IMG/VR virus record: IMGVR_UViG_3300020138_000097
Location: 1-29,991 of that record
From: a virus
Taxonomy: Duplodnaviria > Caudoviricetes
Strand: one strand, 5' to 3'
DNA: 29,991 nt
How positions within the stretch are numbered: position 1 is the first letter of the stretch; each line of letters starts with the position of its first letter. The translations under genes and the position numbers were made by a program. Positions 1 through 9,391 of the stretch are shown here, in pieces. Under the pieces are notes generated by a model. The model saw nothing but the letters and a program-made list of their open reading frames with translations, was not told where the DNA came from and searched no databases.

Positions 1-1176
1 ATGAGGGAAGAAGACGGCCACCAGCTTGCCGCTGCATTCAACCAGCAGAACAATCGCACGGCATCACCCGCGGCGGCGAACGATACGGCACCGCCCGCAG
101 ACCTGCCCGCGCTGTTTCTCGCCGCCGTTGAAAACGGCAAATACGACGATGCCGCGCGCCTGATCGGCACCGGCGTCAACGTCAATGCGCAAAACGCGCA
201 ACGCAAATCCGCGCTGGCCGTCGCCGTCGAAAATCACGACCGCCACCTGGTGAAACTGCTGATCAAATCCGGCGCCGATGTCGCGAAATACGAACAGGAT
301 ACCGGCAGCACGCTGCTGGGCCGCCTTGCCGATGCCAAAACCGATTTCAGCCCTGCGGAGGAAGCCATCGCCGTCATGCTGATGGATGCAGGCGCGAAGG
401 CGCAGGCCTATGACCGCCACGGCATGCCGGTGCTGGTGCGTTATGCTTCCATGGGTATGAGCCGTGCGCTGGATACCGCACTGCTGGCCGGCGCCGATCC
501 GGAGACGCTGAACCCGACAACGCAGCTCTCGGCGCTATACTACGCCATCAACGGCGGCAAGACGGAGATTGTCGAAAAACTGCTCGCCGCCGGCGCGAAC
601 CCGAACGGCGCCGCGCAGGAAAAAACGTCGCCCATGGTCGCGGCGCTGCGCAACGGCGGCAAGCCCGGGATACTGGACGCGCTGATCCGCGCCGGCGGCG
701 ACCCGAACAGGGAAACCGGCAGTTTCAACGAAACCCCTTTTATGGTCGCCCTGCAGACGGGGCAGAAAGCGTTGATTGAAGCCCTGATCAACGGCGGGGC
801 GGATGTAAACGCCATCATGCCGAACGGCAAACCCGTTTTGCAAAACGCCGTACTGAATGGCGTGGACGACGACGGGATTGACCTTTTGCTCCAAAAAGGC
901 GCGAACCCGAACGATTTTTCGACCGAATTCGGCACCGCGCTGCACACCGCCGTGCACCGCAACCGGCAGGCGGTCGTCAGTCTCTTGCTGCGCCATAACG
1001 CCGACCCGCTGCGCCCGAATACGGAGGGCACGACACCGTTGCAATGCGCCATCGCCAAGCTCGGGCGGGAGAACCCGATTGTCGACCGGCTGCAAATTGC
1101 CGACGGCGCCGCACGCATGGCGCAGGAACAAACCGGACGGCAGCAACCGCCGCCGCCATATTACTTCGGACATTAA
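1..1176 (+). CDS. Ankyrin-repeat protein (391 aa)
   Basis: Repeated ANK motifs: SALAVAVEN..LLIKSGADV, SALYYAINGG..LLAAGANPN, ETPFMVALQ..LINGGADVN, TALHTAVHR..LLRHNADP. The start lies at the window edge. Confidence 0.9.
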   Translation: MREEDGHQLAAAFNQQNNRTASPAAANDTAPPADLPALFLAAVENGKYDDAARLIGTGVNVNAQNAQRKSALAVAVENHDRHLVKLLIKSGADVAKYEQDTGSTLLGRLADAKTDFSPAEEAIAVMLMDAGAKAQAYDRHGMPVLVRYASMGMSRALDTALLAGADPETLNPTTQLSALYYAINGGKTEIVEKLLAAGANPNGAAQEKTSPMVAALRNGGKPGILDALIRAGGDPNRETGSFNETPFMVALQTGQKALIEALINGGADVNAIMPNGKPVLQNAVLNGVDDDGIDLLLQKGANPNDFSTEFGTALHTAVHRNRQAVVSLLLRHNADPLRPNTEGTTPLQCAIAKLGRENPIVDRLQIADGAARMAQEQTGRQQPPPPYYFGH

Positions 1177-1246
1177 GGACGCGCGCGAAAACAGAGGGTG
1201 TTTTTGAAGCTACCGCTTAACGTCTAACGTCAAGGAAACGATCCAG

Positions 1247-3568
1247 ATGTTCCCATCGTTCAACAAATCGTCGCGGCCCGCCGGCAAGGGCATCAACGCC
1301 CCGCTGGATGACAACAGGCGCACCGCGCTGCATCTCGCCGCCGCCGACAAAGACGAGGTTTCCCTGCACCGCCTGCTGCGCATCGGCGCGAACCCCAACC
1401 AGCCCGACAAATTCGGCCAGACGCCGCTGTTCGACGCCGTCAAAAGCGGCAGCCTTGCCGCCGTCAGGACGCTGGCGGGCAAAGGCGGGCGCATGAACCA
1501 CCGCGACGACAAGGGTCGCGGCCTGATCGATTGGGCGATCGAAACCGGCGCCGCGCCTGACATGCTGGTGGTGCTGCACGGCCTCGGCGCCGCTTTCGAT
1601 GCCAGCCCCAAAACGAAACAGAACGCGCTGCATACCGCCGCCGCCGCGGGCCGACCCGAATTGTTCGAGGTGCTGGCAGCGCTCGGCCTTTCCGTGAACG
1701 GACGCGACAAGGACGGCAACACGCCGCTGCATCTCGCCGCCGCGGGCGGGCATGCGGATGCCATGCGCAAGCTGATCGACATGGGCGCGGATCCAACATC
1801 CGCAACACCAATATCCGAAACGCCGCTCTATGTCGCCGCCGAAAAGGGATTCGGGGAAGGCGTCGATCTGCTGATCACCCTGCCGCGCGTCGCGCGGGAA
1901 GTGAACAGCCATGCGAATTACAGCAGCGGCTTCACCCCACTGATGGTCGCGGCGCACAAGGACTTTCCCGCCGTCATCGAAAAGCTTTTCAACGTCGGCG
2001 CGGACATCAACCAGACGGACAACCGCAACCGCAACAGCCTTTACATCGCCGCCGAGGCCGGCAACGTGGAGGCTGCGAAAAAACTCGTGCGTCTCGGCGC
2101 CGACGCGGGCAAGGGACAATTGCCGCGCAGCAGCCATACGCCGCTTTTGCACAACATCGGCCGCGCGCAATACCGCGAGATGCTGGCCGTGCTGGTCGGC
2201 GCGGGCGCGGATATCGACGCGGCCGACACCGGCGGCAATACCGCCCTGCACCGCGCCTGCGACATGACGCATGCGGACAAGATCCGGGCGCTGCTGGATT
2301 TCGGCGCGGATCCCAATCTTGTCAACGACTACGGCCAGCGCGCGCTCGACGAGCTGATCGACAATTATACCTATCGCATGACCGACGCGCCGGAGCTGGT
2401 CGCCGCCTTGCTGCAAAAAGGCGCCAGCCCCGATATCTCCCCCGTCGCGGAAATCCAGGAAGGGCCGCTGCACCGCGCCGCGCAATACGGCCACTGCCGG
2501 AGCGTGGAGCTGATGTTGCAGCATAACGCGATGGTCGACGGCTACAGCCGCGGCTTTTCTCCCAAGACCGCTTTGCTGCTGGCGGCGGAACACGGCCATG
2601 CGACGGTCGCCGCCGCGCTGCTGGAAAAAGGCGCGAACCCGCTGAAAACCGACGGACAGGGGCGCAATGCCCTGCATCTTGCCGCCCACAACGGAAACGA
2701 GGCGCTGGTCACGCTGCTGCTGGCGCAAAAGGGCGTGGATGCGAATGCGACGGACGACATCGGCCGCAGCGCGCTGCACCATGCCTGCCTGCGCGAAAAA
2801 GACGATGCGGCGAAAATATTGCTGGCCGCCGGCGCGGATGCGGATCTTTACGACAAAAACGGCTTCACGCCGCTGCAACTGGCCATACAAATGGGCAATA
2901 CGGACATTCTTTCTGTTTTCGCCGAATGGCAGGGCGGCAAGGCGGACTGGAACGCCCGCACGGCGGAAAAACAGGAAAGCCTCTTGCACCTCGCCGTCCG
3001 CCACGGGATGGAAGCGCCCGTGCGCAAACTGATCGACCTTGGCGCCGATATCTGCGCCGTGAACGAAAAAGGCCAGAGCCCGCTGCATCTTGCCGTTGCC
3101 GATAACAACAGCGCCCTTGCCGATATGCTTTTAAAGGAGCTGGACGGCAAAAACATCCACCCCGACAGCCTGACGGACAAGGAGGGCAATACCCCGCTGC
3201 ATACGGCCGTGCTGCACGACCACACGCCGATGCTACGCCGGTTGCAAGAGGCGGGTGCGGATATGACGAAGCGCAACGGCGCGGGCGACATGCCGATCCA
3301 CATCGCGGTGCGGGAAAACCATGCCGACGCCGTGTCGTACCTGGCAAGGCAGGAGAATATCCGCGTGCTCGCGCCCGGCAAGGACGGCAAGACCGCGCTG
3401 CAGCTGGCGCTGGAGGGGCAAAACGAGCGCATCTTCTCCGCCCTTTTGCCGCGGGCGATGGAAGAACAGAGCAGACAGGCGGAAAATAACGCGCCGCCAG
3501 CGCCGGAAAATGACGCGACTCCCAAAAAGAGCAAAAAGCCGAGGCCGCCGAAACCGAACGGCCCGTAA
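1247..3568 (+). CDS. Long ankyrin-repeat protein (773 aa)
   Basis: Many tandem G-x-T-[PA]-L-H-x-A..L-L-x-x-G-A-[DN] repeats over nearly the whole length. AAGGA RBS at about 1232. Lys/Pro-rich C-terminal tail. Confidence 0.95.
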   Translation: MFPSFNKSSRPAGKGINAPLDDNRRTALHLAAADKDEVSLHRLLRIGANPNQPDKFGQTPLFDAVKSGSLAAVRTLAGKGGRMNHRDDKGRGLIDWAIETGAAPDMLVVLHGLGAAFDASPKTKQNALHTAAAAGRPELFEVLAALGLSVNGRDKDGNTPLHLAAAGGHADAMRKLIDMGADPTSATPISETPLYVAAEKGFGEGVDLLITLPRVAREVNSHANYSSGFTPLMVAAHKDFPAVIEKLFNVGADINQTDNRNRNSLYIAAEAGNVEAAKKLVRLGADAGKGQLPRSSHTPLLHNIGRAQYREMLAVLVGAGADIDAADTGGNTALHRACDMTHADKIRALLDFGADPNLVNDYGQRALDELIDNYTYRMTDAPELVAALLQKGASPDISPVAEIQEGPLHRAAQYGHCRSVELMLQHNAMVDGYSRGFSPKTALLLAAEHGHATVAAALLEKGANPLKTDGQGRNALHLAAHNGNEALVTLLLAQKGVDANATDDIGRSALHHACLREKDDAAKILLAAGADADLYDKNGFTPLQLAIQMGNTDILSVFAEWQGGKADWNARTAEKQESLLHLAVRHGMEAPVRKLIDLGADICAVNEKGQSPLHLAVADNNSALADMLLKELDGKNIHPDSLTDKEGNTPLHTAVLHDHTPMLRRLQEAGADMTKRNGAGDMPIHIAVRENHADAVSYLARQENIRVLAPGKDGKTALQLALEGQNERIFSALLPRAMEEQSRQAENNAPPAPENDATPKKSKKPRPPKPNGP

Positions 3569-3614
3569 TCAAGCAGCCCGCAACCGAACAGGTTGAAACC
3601 AAACGGAGGGAAAC

Positions 3615-4082
3615 ATGAACAAGAAGATCGCCGCCGCCGTTGCCGCACTTTGGCTCACGGCGCTTTCGCCCGCAGCGGCGCAGATGCATATTTCAAACGG
3701 GCAGCAGACGACCGTGACAGAAGGCCTTTCCCCCCAGCCTGCCATGCCGGCGGGGAACGAAATGCCGCCCGTGGGCGTTGTCAAATCGGTGACACCGGTA
3801 TCCGCCTGCCTTGACCAATTGCCGCCCGAAGAAGCGGCAGAGGTACGCGCGCGCTATCTGAAACCCTATCAGGAATGCCAGCGCCGCCTGCAGATTCACG
3901 CGATCAAAAGAGCGAAAGCGGGCGATCAGGGCGACTCCGGCGAAGAAAAAAAGGCGGAAAGCCCGCGTAACTTTATCCGCGTGCAAAAAGACGCCGCGCC
4001 CGCAGCGGCGCCGATTATCGGCCTTAAAAACAGCGATGCCGCGGCAAAACGTGGAAAAACACCCGATCTTTACAACCGTTAA
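3615..4082 (+). CDS. Secreted hypothetical protein
   Basis: GGAGGG RBS, Sec-type signal peptide MNKKIAAAVAALWLTALSPAAA, and a Cys pair (SACLDQL..YQECQRRL). Confidence 0.75.
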   Translation: MNKKIAAAVAALWLTALSPAAAQMHISNGQQTTVTEGLSPQPAMPAGNEMPPVGVVKSVTPVSACLDQLPPEEAAEVRARYLKPYQECQRRLQIHAIKRAKAGDQGDSGEEKKAESPRNFIRVQKDAAPAAAPIIGLKNSDAAAKRGKTPDLYNR

Positions 4083-4154
4083 GGCCCCCTGTCGCTTGGG
4101 GCGGGATTGTGATAAAATGTAAGGAACAGGATTTTCCCCTTCCGGAGTTTTTGC

Positions 4155-4769
4155 ATGATCCGCCCGTTTCCCTTTATCGCCTTTCTTGCCGTTGCGCTGC
4201 TGGTTTCCGGCACGCCGGTGACACTTTTCGCGCAATCCTCCTATACCGGCTCGACGGAGGGCTTTGTCGGCACGAAAGCCAAAAAGCCGCCCGCGCTGGA
4301 AGAAATGGACGAGCAGGCCTTCAACGACGAAATGGAGCGCACCCGCCCGCAACTGCCGCCCGTTTTTGAAAACGTGCAGGCCCCGACCGCCATTAACGAA
4401 GACGGCACCGCCGCCGCCACAGCGGAGGATCCTTGCGCCGCCTATCTCGGTAATTTCGACGGCTATACGCTGTGCCAGGATCGCATCCAGAAAATCCAGA
4501 AAATGAAGGACGGCCGGAAAACCCGCAAGGGGGCCTACGGCACGCAGCAGAAAATCCGCGCCTCCGAGCAGCGTCGGATAGATGCGGAAAAAGCGGCGGT
4601 GGAGGCTGCCGCGGCGGAAGAGAAAGCCAAGGAAGAAGCAACCAAGGCCGCGGATGAAAACGCCGCCGAAGACAATGCCGCCGCCGAGGAAGAAAAAGAG
4701 AAAACCCCCGCCGAAAAAGCGCGGGAACGCAAGGAGGAGCGTCTGAAGCCGAAAAAAATCGGCGGATAA
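4155..4769 (+). CDS. Secreted hypothetical protein with charged E/K/A-rich C-terminus
   Basis: GGAG RBS, signal-peptide-like N-terminus, a Cys pair (DPCAAY..YTLCQDRI) and a low-complexity charged tail. Confidence 0.75.
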   Translation: MIRPFPFIAFLAVALLVSGTPVTLFAQSSYTGSTEGFVGTKAKKPPALEEMDEQAFNDEMERTRPQLPPVFENVQAPTAINEDGTAAATAEDPCAAYLGNFDGYTLCQDRIQKIQKMKDGRKTRKGAYGTQQKIRASEQRRIDAEKAAVEAAAAEEKAKEEATKAADENAAEDNAAAEEEKEKTPAEKARERKEERLKPKKIGG

Positions 4770-4784
4770 GGCGTATGCGCCGTT

Positions 4785-5558
4785 TTACTTCTTCAACTGT
4801 ATTTTCTTCAAGACCGGCACGGCGCGGCCAGAACCTTCGGTCAGACGCTTGACATCGTAATTTTCAAACGCGCCCTTGACCAGGTCTTCCATGCCCCATT
4901 TGCGGGCGATATCCTGCACACTTTGCTGGCGGCAGTCGACCTGCGACACGTCCGCCCCCGATTTCAGCAACGCGCAGACCTTGCGCGCCGCGCCGGCACC
5001 GCGATTCAGCTGGCGCATGAGCACGGTGCGGCCGTCCTTATCCTTCGCCTCCAGATCGATCTGGCCGCGACGAAGCAAACGCACGAAAGATTTGGGCAAT
5101 CCGTCGCCTTCGGCAGCGAGCATGAGGGCGGTCGCGCCTGATTTATCCCGCGCCATCGGATCGGCGCCCCGTGCCGCCAGCGCCGTCATCAGCTGCGGCA
5201 GGTTTTTTTCCGCCGCGAGCAGATAGGCGGTTTTGCCCGTCTCGTTCGCGGCGGCGAGATTGAACGGCAGGCTGAGGCACATGGCCGCCACTTTATCCTG
5301 CCGCGCGGCGAGGGCGAGCATCAGGGCATCGCTGCCTTCGTTGTCGAGGAAATCAAGCGCCGCGCCGCGTTCGACGAGGAAACCGAACATCGCCGCATCG
5401 CCGCGCTTGGCCGCGATGAGCAGGGCATTGTCGCCCGCGCCGTCCGTTTTGTTGATCCGCGCACCGGCGTCGAGCGCGTTGCGCACGCCCGGCAGGTCGC
5501 CCGCTTTCGCGGCCTGTAACAAATCGCTGTTGGCGATATCGTTTCCCGTCTGGGTCAT
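4785..5558 (-). CDS. Ankyrin-repeat protein
   Basis: LLQAAKAGDL..LDAGARIN, GDNALLIAA, GKTAYLLAA and GATALMLAA repeats. ATG at 5558 preferred over the ORF-track start at 5582. Confidence 0.9.
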   Translation of the reverse strand: MTQTGNDIANSDLLQAAKAGDLPGVRNALDAGARINKTDGAGDNALLIAAKRGDAAMFGFLVERGAALDFLDNEGSDALMLALAARQDKVAAMCLSLPFNLAAANETGKTAYLLAAEKNLPQLMTALAARGADPMARDKSGATALMLAAEGDGLPKSFVRLLRRGQIDLEAKDKDGRTVLMRQLNRGAGAARKVCALLKSGADVSQVDCRQQSVQDIARKWGMEDLVKGAFENYDVKRLTEGSGRAVPVLKKIQLKK

Positions 5559-5903
5559 TCTTTGCGGCCCGAATCGAATCAAAGCCGCGCGGCGCGGCGG
5601 GGTTAAAACAGGCTTTTACTCTACGCTCCATATATGGAAATGTCAAAAATTCCCGCTTTTTTGTTATTTTTGGTTAAAAATCAATCCTCTATGCGAAGGG
5701 CACCGGCCGCCGATTGCCCCTTCCGCAAACGCGGGGCATGCGGCCGCCTTGACATGAAACGCCGTGAAACAATCGCGCCCGCGGGCAAAACCGCGCCGCG
5801 CCGCCAAAAAAATCCGCGCCCGCCAAAACTGCCTAACGGTTTGAAATGCCGTATCAACTTTGCCCGCCGCGACAGAAGTGCGGACGGACGCTTCGCCCTT
5901 TGC

Positions 5904-5933
5904 TTGACCGCCGGGGATCATTTCCGTTAGGGT
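5904..5933 (+). promoter_or_regulatory. Possible sigma70-like promoter for the terminase/structural operon
   Basis: TTGACC (5904-5909), 18-nt spacer, TAGGGT (5928-5933), about 90 nt upstream of the terS ATG. The -10 match is weak. Confidence 0.3.
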
Positions 5934-6021
5934 TTAAACATGCTCGCGAAGTGTCGGCGGGCAGGATCGCAAAAAACGAAAAAATTTATGGGGCGGTGCC
6001 GGATCGGCAGCCGCTTTTTTC

Positions 6022-6333
6022 ATGACCGTCAAAAAGCCCAGCCGCAAAAAAGCTGCCGTAAAAAAAACGACCGGCGTCAAACGCCCCCCGCGCCGGCGCA
6101 AAACGGCAAAGAATATCCGCGATGCCATCAACGTATTGGCGCTGATCGAGGCGCTGGAGCAACATGTTCTCGGCGAAAAGAAAATGACGGCGACGCAGGT
6201 CAGCGCCGCGCTGGCGCTTTTGAAAAAAACGCTGCCCGATATCGCGGCCGCCGCCGGCGGCAAAACGGCGGATGACGCCGCTGGCCCCGCTGCCGTCATG
6301 AGCCATGAAGACGCCTTGCAGGCGCTGGAATAA
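6022..6333 (+). CDS. Putative terminase small subunit
   Basis: 103 aa directly upstream of TerL. Helical core LIEALEQHVLGEKKMTATQVSAALALLKKTLPD and C-terminal HEDALQALE, with a basic N-terminal tail. Confidence 0.7.
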   Translation: MTVKKPSRKKAAVKKTTGVKRPPRRRKTAKNIRDAINVLALIEALEQHVLGEKKMTATQVSAALALLKKTLPDIAAAAGGKTADDAAGPAAVMSHEDALQALE

Positions 6334-6348
6334 GAACACCCGAATTTG

Positions 6349-7782
6349 ATGAACGCAAAAGAACAACGCATCCGCGCACGGCTGATGCATGATTTCGCGC
6401 ATTACGCGAAAAAATGCCTTTTCATCCGCAGCAAGAACGGCGCCATCGCCCCCTTGCAGCTGAACGCCGCGCAGCGCCATTTGCACGACCGCCTGGAGGA
6501 ACAACTGCTGACCACGGGCCGCGTGCGCGCGCTGGTTTTGAAGGGGCGGCAGCAAGGATGCTCCACCTACGCGCAGGCGCGGTTTTACTGGAAAACGACG
6601 CACCGCCGCGGCGTGCGCGCCTTTATCCTGACGCATCTCGACGAAGCGTCGCAGAACATCTACCAGATCGTGCGGCGGTTTCATGACAACTGCCCTGCCG
6701 CCGTGCGTCCGCAAACGGGGCTGGCCAACCAGCGTAGTCTTTTGTTCAGCCGCCTCGATTCCGGTTACAGCGTCGGCACCGCCAAATCGCAAGGCATCGG
6801 GCGGTCGCATACCATACAGTATTTTCACGGCTCGGAAGTCGCCTATTGGCGCCATGCCGAAGACCATATCGCCGGCGTTCTGCAAGCCGTGCCCGATGCG
6901 AAGGGAACGGAAATCATATTGGAAAGCACCTCCGCCGGCGCGACGGGGCTGTTCTATCAATTGTGCCAGGAGGCCATCAAAGGCCGGTCCGAATTCATTT
7001 TCGTTTTCATCCCGTGGTTCTGGCAGGACGAATACCGCGCCGCGCCGCCCGAAGATTTCACGCCGACGCCCGACGAAGCCGAATACAAACAGGCTTTCCA
7101 TCTGGACGCCGCGCAAATCTACTGGCGCAGGTTGAAAATCGCCGCGCTGGGCGGCATCTGGACGTTTCGCCGTGAATATCCCAGCACGCCCGACGAAGCC
7201 TTTCATAGCGACCGTCCGGGCGCGCTGTGGCAGCGCGAAACGATCGAGAAAAATCGCCGCCACGCCGACGACGCGCCCGAGATGAAGCGCATTATCGTCG
7301 CCGTCGACCCTGCCGTGACGGCAAACCGCCACAGCGACGAGACGGGCATTGTCGTCGCGGGCCTCGGCACGGACGATCATGCCTATATTCTGGCCGATCT
7401 GTCGGGTAAATACGCGCCCGCCGCCTGGGCATCGCAGGTGGTCAATGCCTATTACGCCCATGCCGCCGATTGCGTGGTCGCGGAAGTCAACCAAGGCGGC
7501 GACCTGGTCGAGCATACGCTGCGCAGTTTCGATCCGTCGATCGCCTATAAATCCGTGCATGCCAGCCGCGGCAAGATCGCGCGGGCGGAGCCCGTGGCGG
7601 CGCTGGATACGCGCGGCATGGTGCATCACATCGGCCGTTTCGCGCAGCTGGAAGACCAGATGTGCGCCTTTGACCCGGTCGAAAACGCCAAAAGCCCCGA
7701 CCGCGTGGATGCGCGCACCTGGGCGGTGACGGAATTGCTGCTGAAACGCCCCCAGCCCGCGCAGCCGCTGATCTGGCGATAA
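6349..7782 (+). CDS. terL: Terminase large subunit
   Basis: Walker A-like LKGRQQGCST, Walker B-like YFHGSEVAYW and ILEST coupling motif. RNase H-like nuclease motifs IIVAVDPA, DETGIVVAG, EVNQGGD and SPDRVDA. Confidence 0.93.
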   Translation: MNAKEQRIRARLMHDFAHYAKKCLFIRSKNGAIAPLQLNAAQRHLHDRLEEQLLTTGRVRALVLKGRQQGCSTYAQARFYWKTTHRRGVRAFILTHLDEASQNIYQIVRRFHDNCPAAVRPQTGLANQRSLLFSRLDSGYSVGTAKSQGIGRSHTIQYFHGSEVAYWRHAEDHIAGVLQAVPDAKGTEIILESTSAGATGLFYQLCQEAIKGRSEFIFVFIPWFWQDEYRAAPPEDFTPTPDEAEYKQAFHLDAAQIYWRRLKIAALGGIWTFRREYPSTPDEAFHSDRPGALWQRETIEKNRRHADDAPEMKRIIVAVDPAVTANRHSDETGIVVAGLGTDDHAYILADLSGKYAPAAWASQVVNAYYAHAADCVVAEVNQGGDLVEHTLRSFDPSIAYKSVHASRGKIARAEPVAALDTRGMVHHIGRFAQLEDQMCAFDPVENAKSPDRVDARTWAVTELLLKRPQPAQPLIWR

Positions 7783-7847
7783 TAAATGCCCTGTGTCATT
7801 CCGGGCGCAGCCGACACTTTTTATCTTTAATCATGGAGTATATCCGG

Positions 7848-9074
7848 ATGGGTTTTAAAAATCCGCTCGCCGCCCTGTTCGGCCGCAAGGAACAAAAGGC
7901 CAGCGCGGCCGCGCCGCTGCTGGTGCAATGGGGCGCGGGGCAGCCGCGTTTCACGCCGCGCCAGTACGACCAGTTGGCGCGCGAGGCCTATCAGAAAAAC
8001 GTGATCGCCTACCGCTGCATCCGCCTTGTCAGCCAGAACGCGGCGACCGTGCCGTGGATCGTGTACCGGGGCAAGGGAGAAAACCGCACGCGGCTGGAAG
8101 ACCACCCGCTCAAATCTTTGCTTGAAAACCCCAACCCCATGCAGGGCGGCGCCGAATTGTTCGAGGCGCTGTTCGGTTTTTATCTGATTGCGGGCAACAG
8201 CTATCTCGAAGGCGTCGGCGCGACGGACGCGGCCCCGCGCGAGCTTTGGACGCTGCGCCCCGACCGCATGCGCGTTATTCCCGGCAAACACGGCGTGCCC
8301 GCCGCCTACCGCTACCAGATCGGCGGGGAGGCAATGGATTTTCCCGTCGATGCCCTGACGGGCGCTTCCGCCGTGCTGCATTTGAAATCCTTTCACCCGC
8401 TGGACGACTGGTACGGCATGAGCCCGCTGGAATCCGCCGCCGCCAGCATCGACCAGCATAACGACGCCGCGCGCTGGAACGCCGCGCTGTTGCAGGCGGG
8501 CGGGCGGCCTTCCGGCGCGCTGGTGTACAAGCCCGCACATCCCGACGGGGCCGCGACGCTGACGGACGAGCAGCGCCAGTCGTTGAAAAACGAACTGGAG
8601 GCCTTTTTCCAGGGCCCCGATAACGCCGGCCGCCCGCTGGTGCTGGAAGGCGGGCTGGACTGGCGCGATATGTCGCTCTCGCCCAAGGATATGGACTGGC
8701 TGGCGGGCAAGGATGTTTCCGCGCGGGAAATCGCGCTGGCCTTCCACGTGCCGCCGCAGCTGATCGGCATCGAGGGGTCGCTGACCTTCGCGAATTTCGA
8801 GCAGGCGCGGCTCGCCCTCTTCGACGATGCCGTCATCCCCCTGCTGGACCATGTGAAGGACGAGCTGAACAAATGGCTTTGCCCGCAATTCGGCACCGAT
8901 CTTTGCATCGGCTATGACATGGATGCGATCGAGGCCTTTGCCCCCCGTCGTGAAAAAGCCTGGGCGCGCATCAGCGGCGCCGATTTCATGACGGTGAATG
9001 AAAAGCGCATCGCCCTCGGCCTCTCCCCGCTCGACGGCGGGGATGTTTTGCCCGGAATGGAGAGCAAGGCGTGA
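7848..9074 (+). CDS. Phage portal protein, HK97 family (RcGTA g3-like)
   Basis: Motifs PRELWTLRPDRM, HLKSFHPLDDWYGMSPLE, NAGRPLVLEGGLDW, AREIALAFHVPP and FMTVNEKR. The GGAG RBS at 7835 favours ATG 7848. Confidence 0.95.
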   Translation: MGFKNPLAALFGRKEQKASAAAPLLVQWGAGQPRFTPRQYDQLAREAYQKNVIAYRCIRLVSQNAATVPWIVYRGKGENRTRLEDHPLKSLLENPNPMQGGAELFEALFGFYLIAGNSYLEGVGATDAAPRELWTLRPDRMRVIPGKHGVPAAYRYQIGGEAMDFPVDALTGASAVLHLKSFHPLDDWYGMSPLESAAASIDQHNDAARWNAALLQAGGRPSGALVYKPAHPDGAATLTDEQRQSLKNELEAFFQGPDNAGRPLVLEGGLDWRDMSLSPKDMDWLAGKDVSAREIALAFHVPPQLIGIEGSLTFANFEQARLALFDDAVIPLLDHVKDELNKWLCPQFGTDLCIGYDMDAIEAFAPRREKAWARISGADFMTVNEKRIALGLSPLDGGDVLPGMESKA

Positions 9075-9379
9075 TGCAGGCGCTGCGCTTCACGCTCGGC
9101 GGCGTGCAGTATGCCATCCGGCCCGATGCGTGCCTTTTGCTGCAGATCGAGGACGAGCTTGGCGCGCTGCCCGCGCTGGCTACCGGATTTCGCACGGGCC
9201 GATGGCATTTCGCCGATCTGGTCAGCCTGTTGCACATGATGCTGCAACACGGCGGCAGGACGCTGGATTACCACGTGCTCGGCAATCTCGTCCTGCAAGC
9301 GGGCGTAGCGGAATGCCACCGCGCGGTTTTGCGGTTTTTCGATCTTTTGCACCTGCCCTTTGACAACGTTACCGAATAA
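9071..9379 (+). CDS. Hypothetical protein resembling the GTA-gp10 tail assembly chaperone
   Basis: GTGA overlap with the portal stop. Pattern FTLGGVQYAIRP..LLQIEDELGALPALATGFRTGRWHFADLVSLL..GG recalls GTA-gp10. Confidence 0.55.
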   Translation: MMQALRFTLGGVQYAIRPDACLLLQIEDELGALPALATGFRTGRWHFADLVSLLHMMLQHGGRTLDYHVLGNLVLQAGVAECHRAVLRFFDLLHLPFDNVTE

Positions 9380-9391
9380 AGGCGAGCGGCC

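Noticed and set aside
5634-6275. ORFs 5634-5930, 5664-5921 and 5940-6275 in the terS upstream region
   Set aside because: No RBS or motifs and R/P-rich noise composition. More likely non-coding or alternative-frame artefacts.
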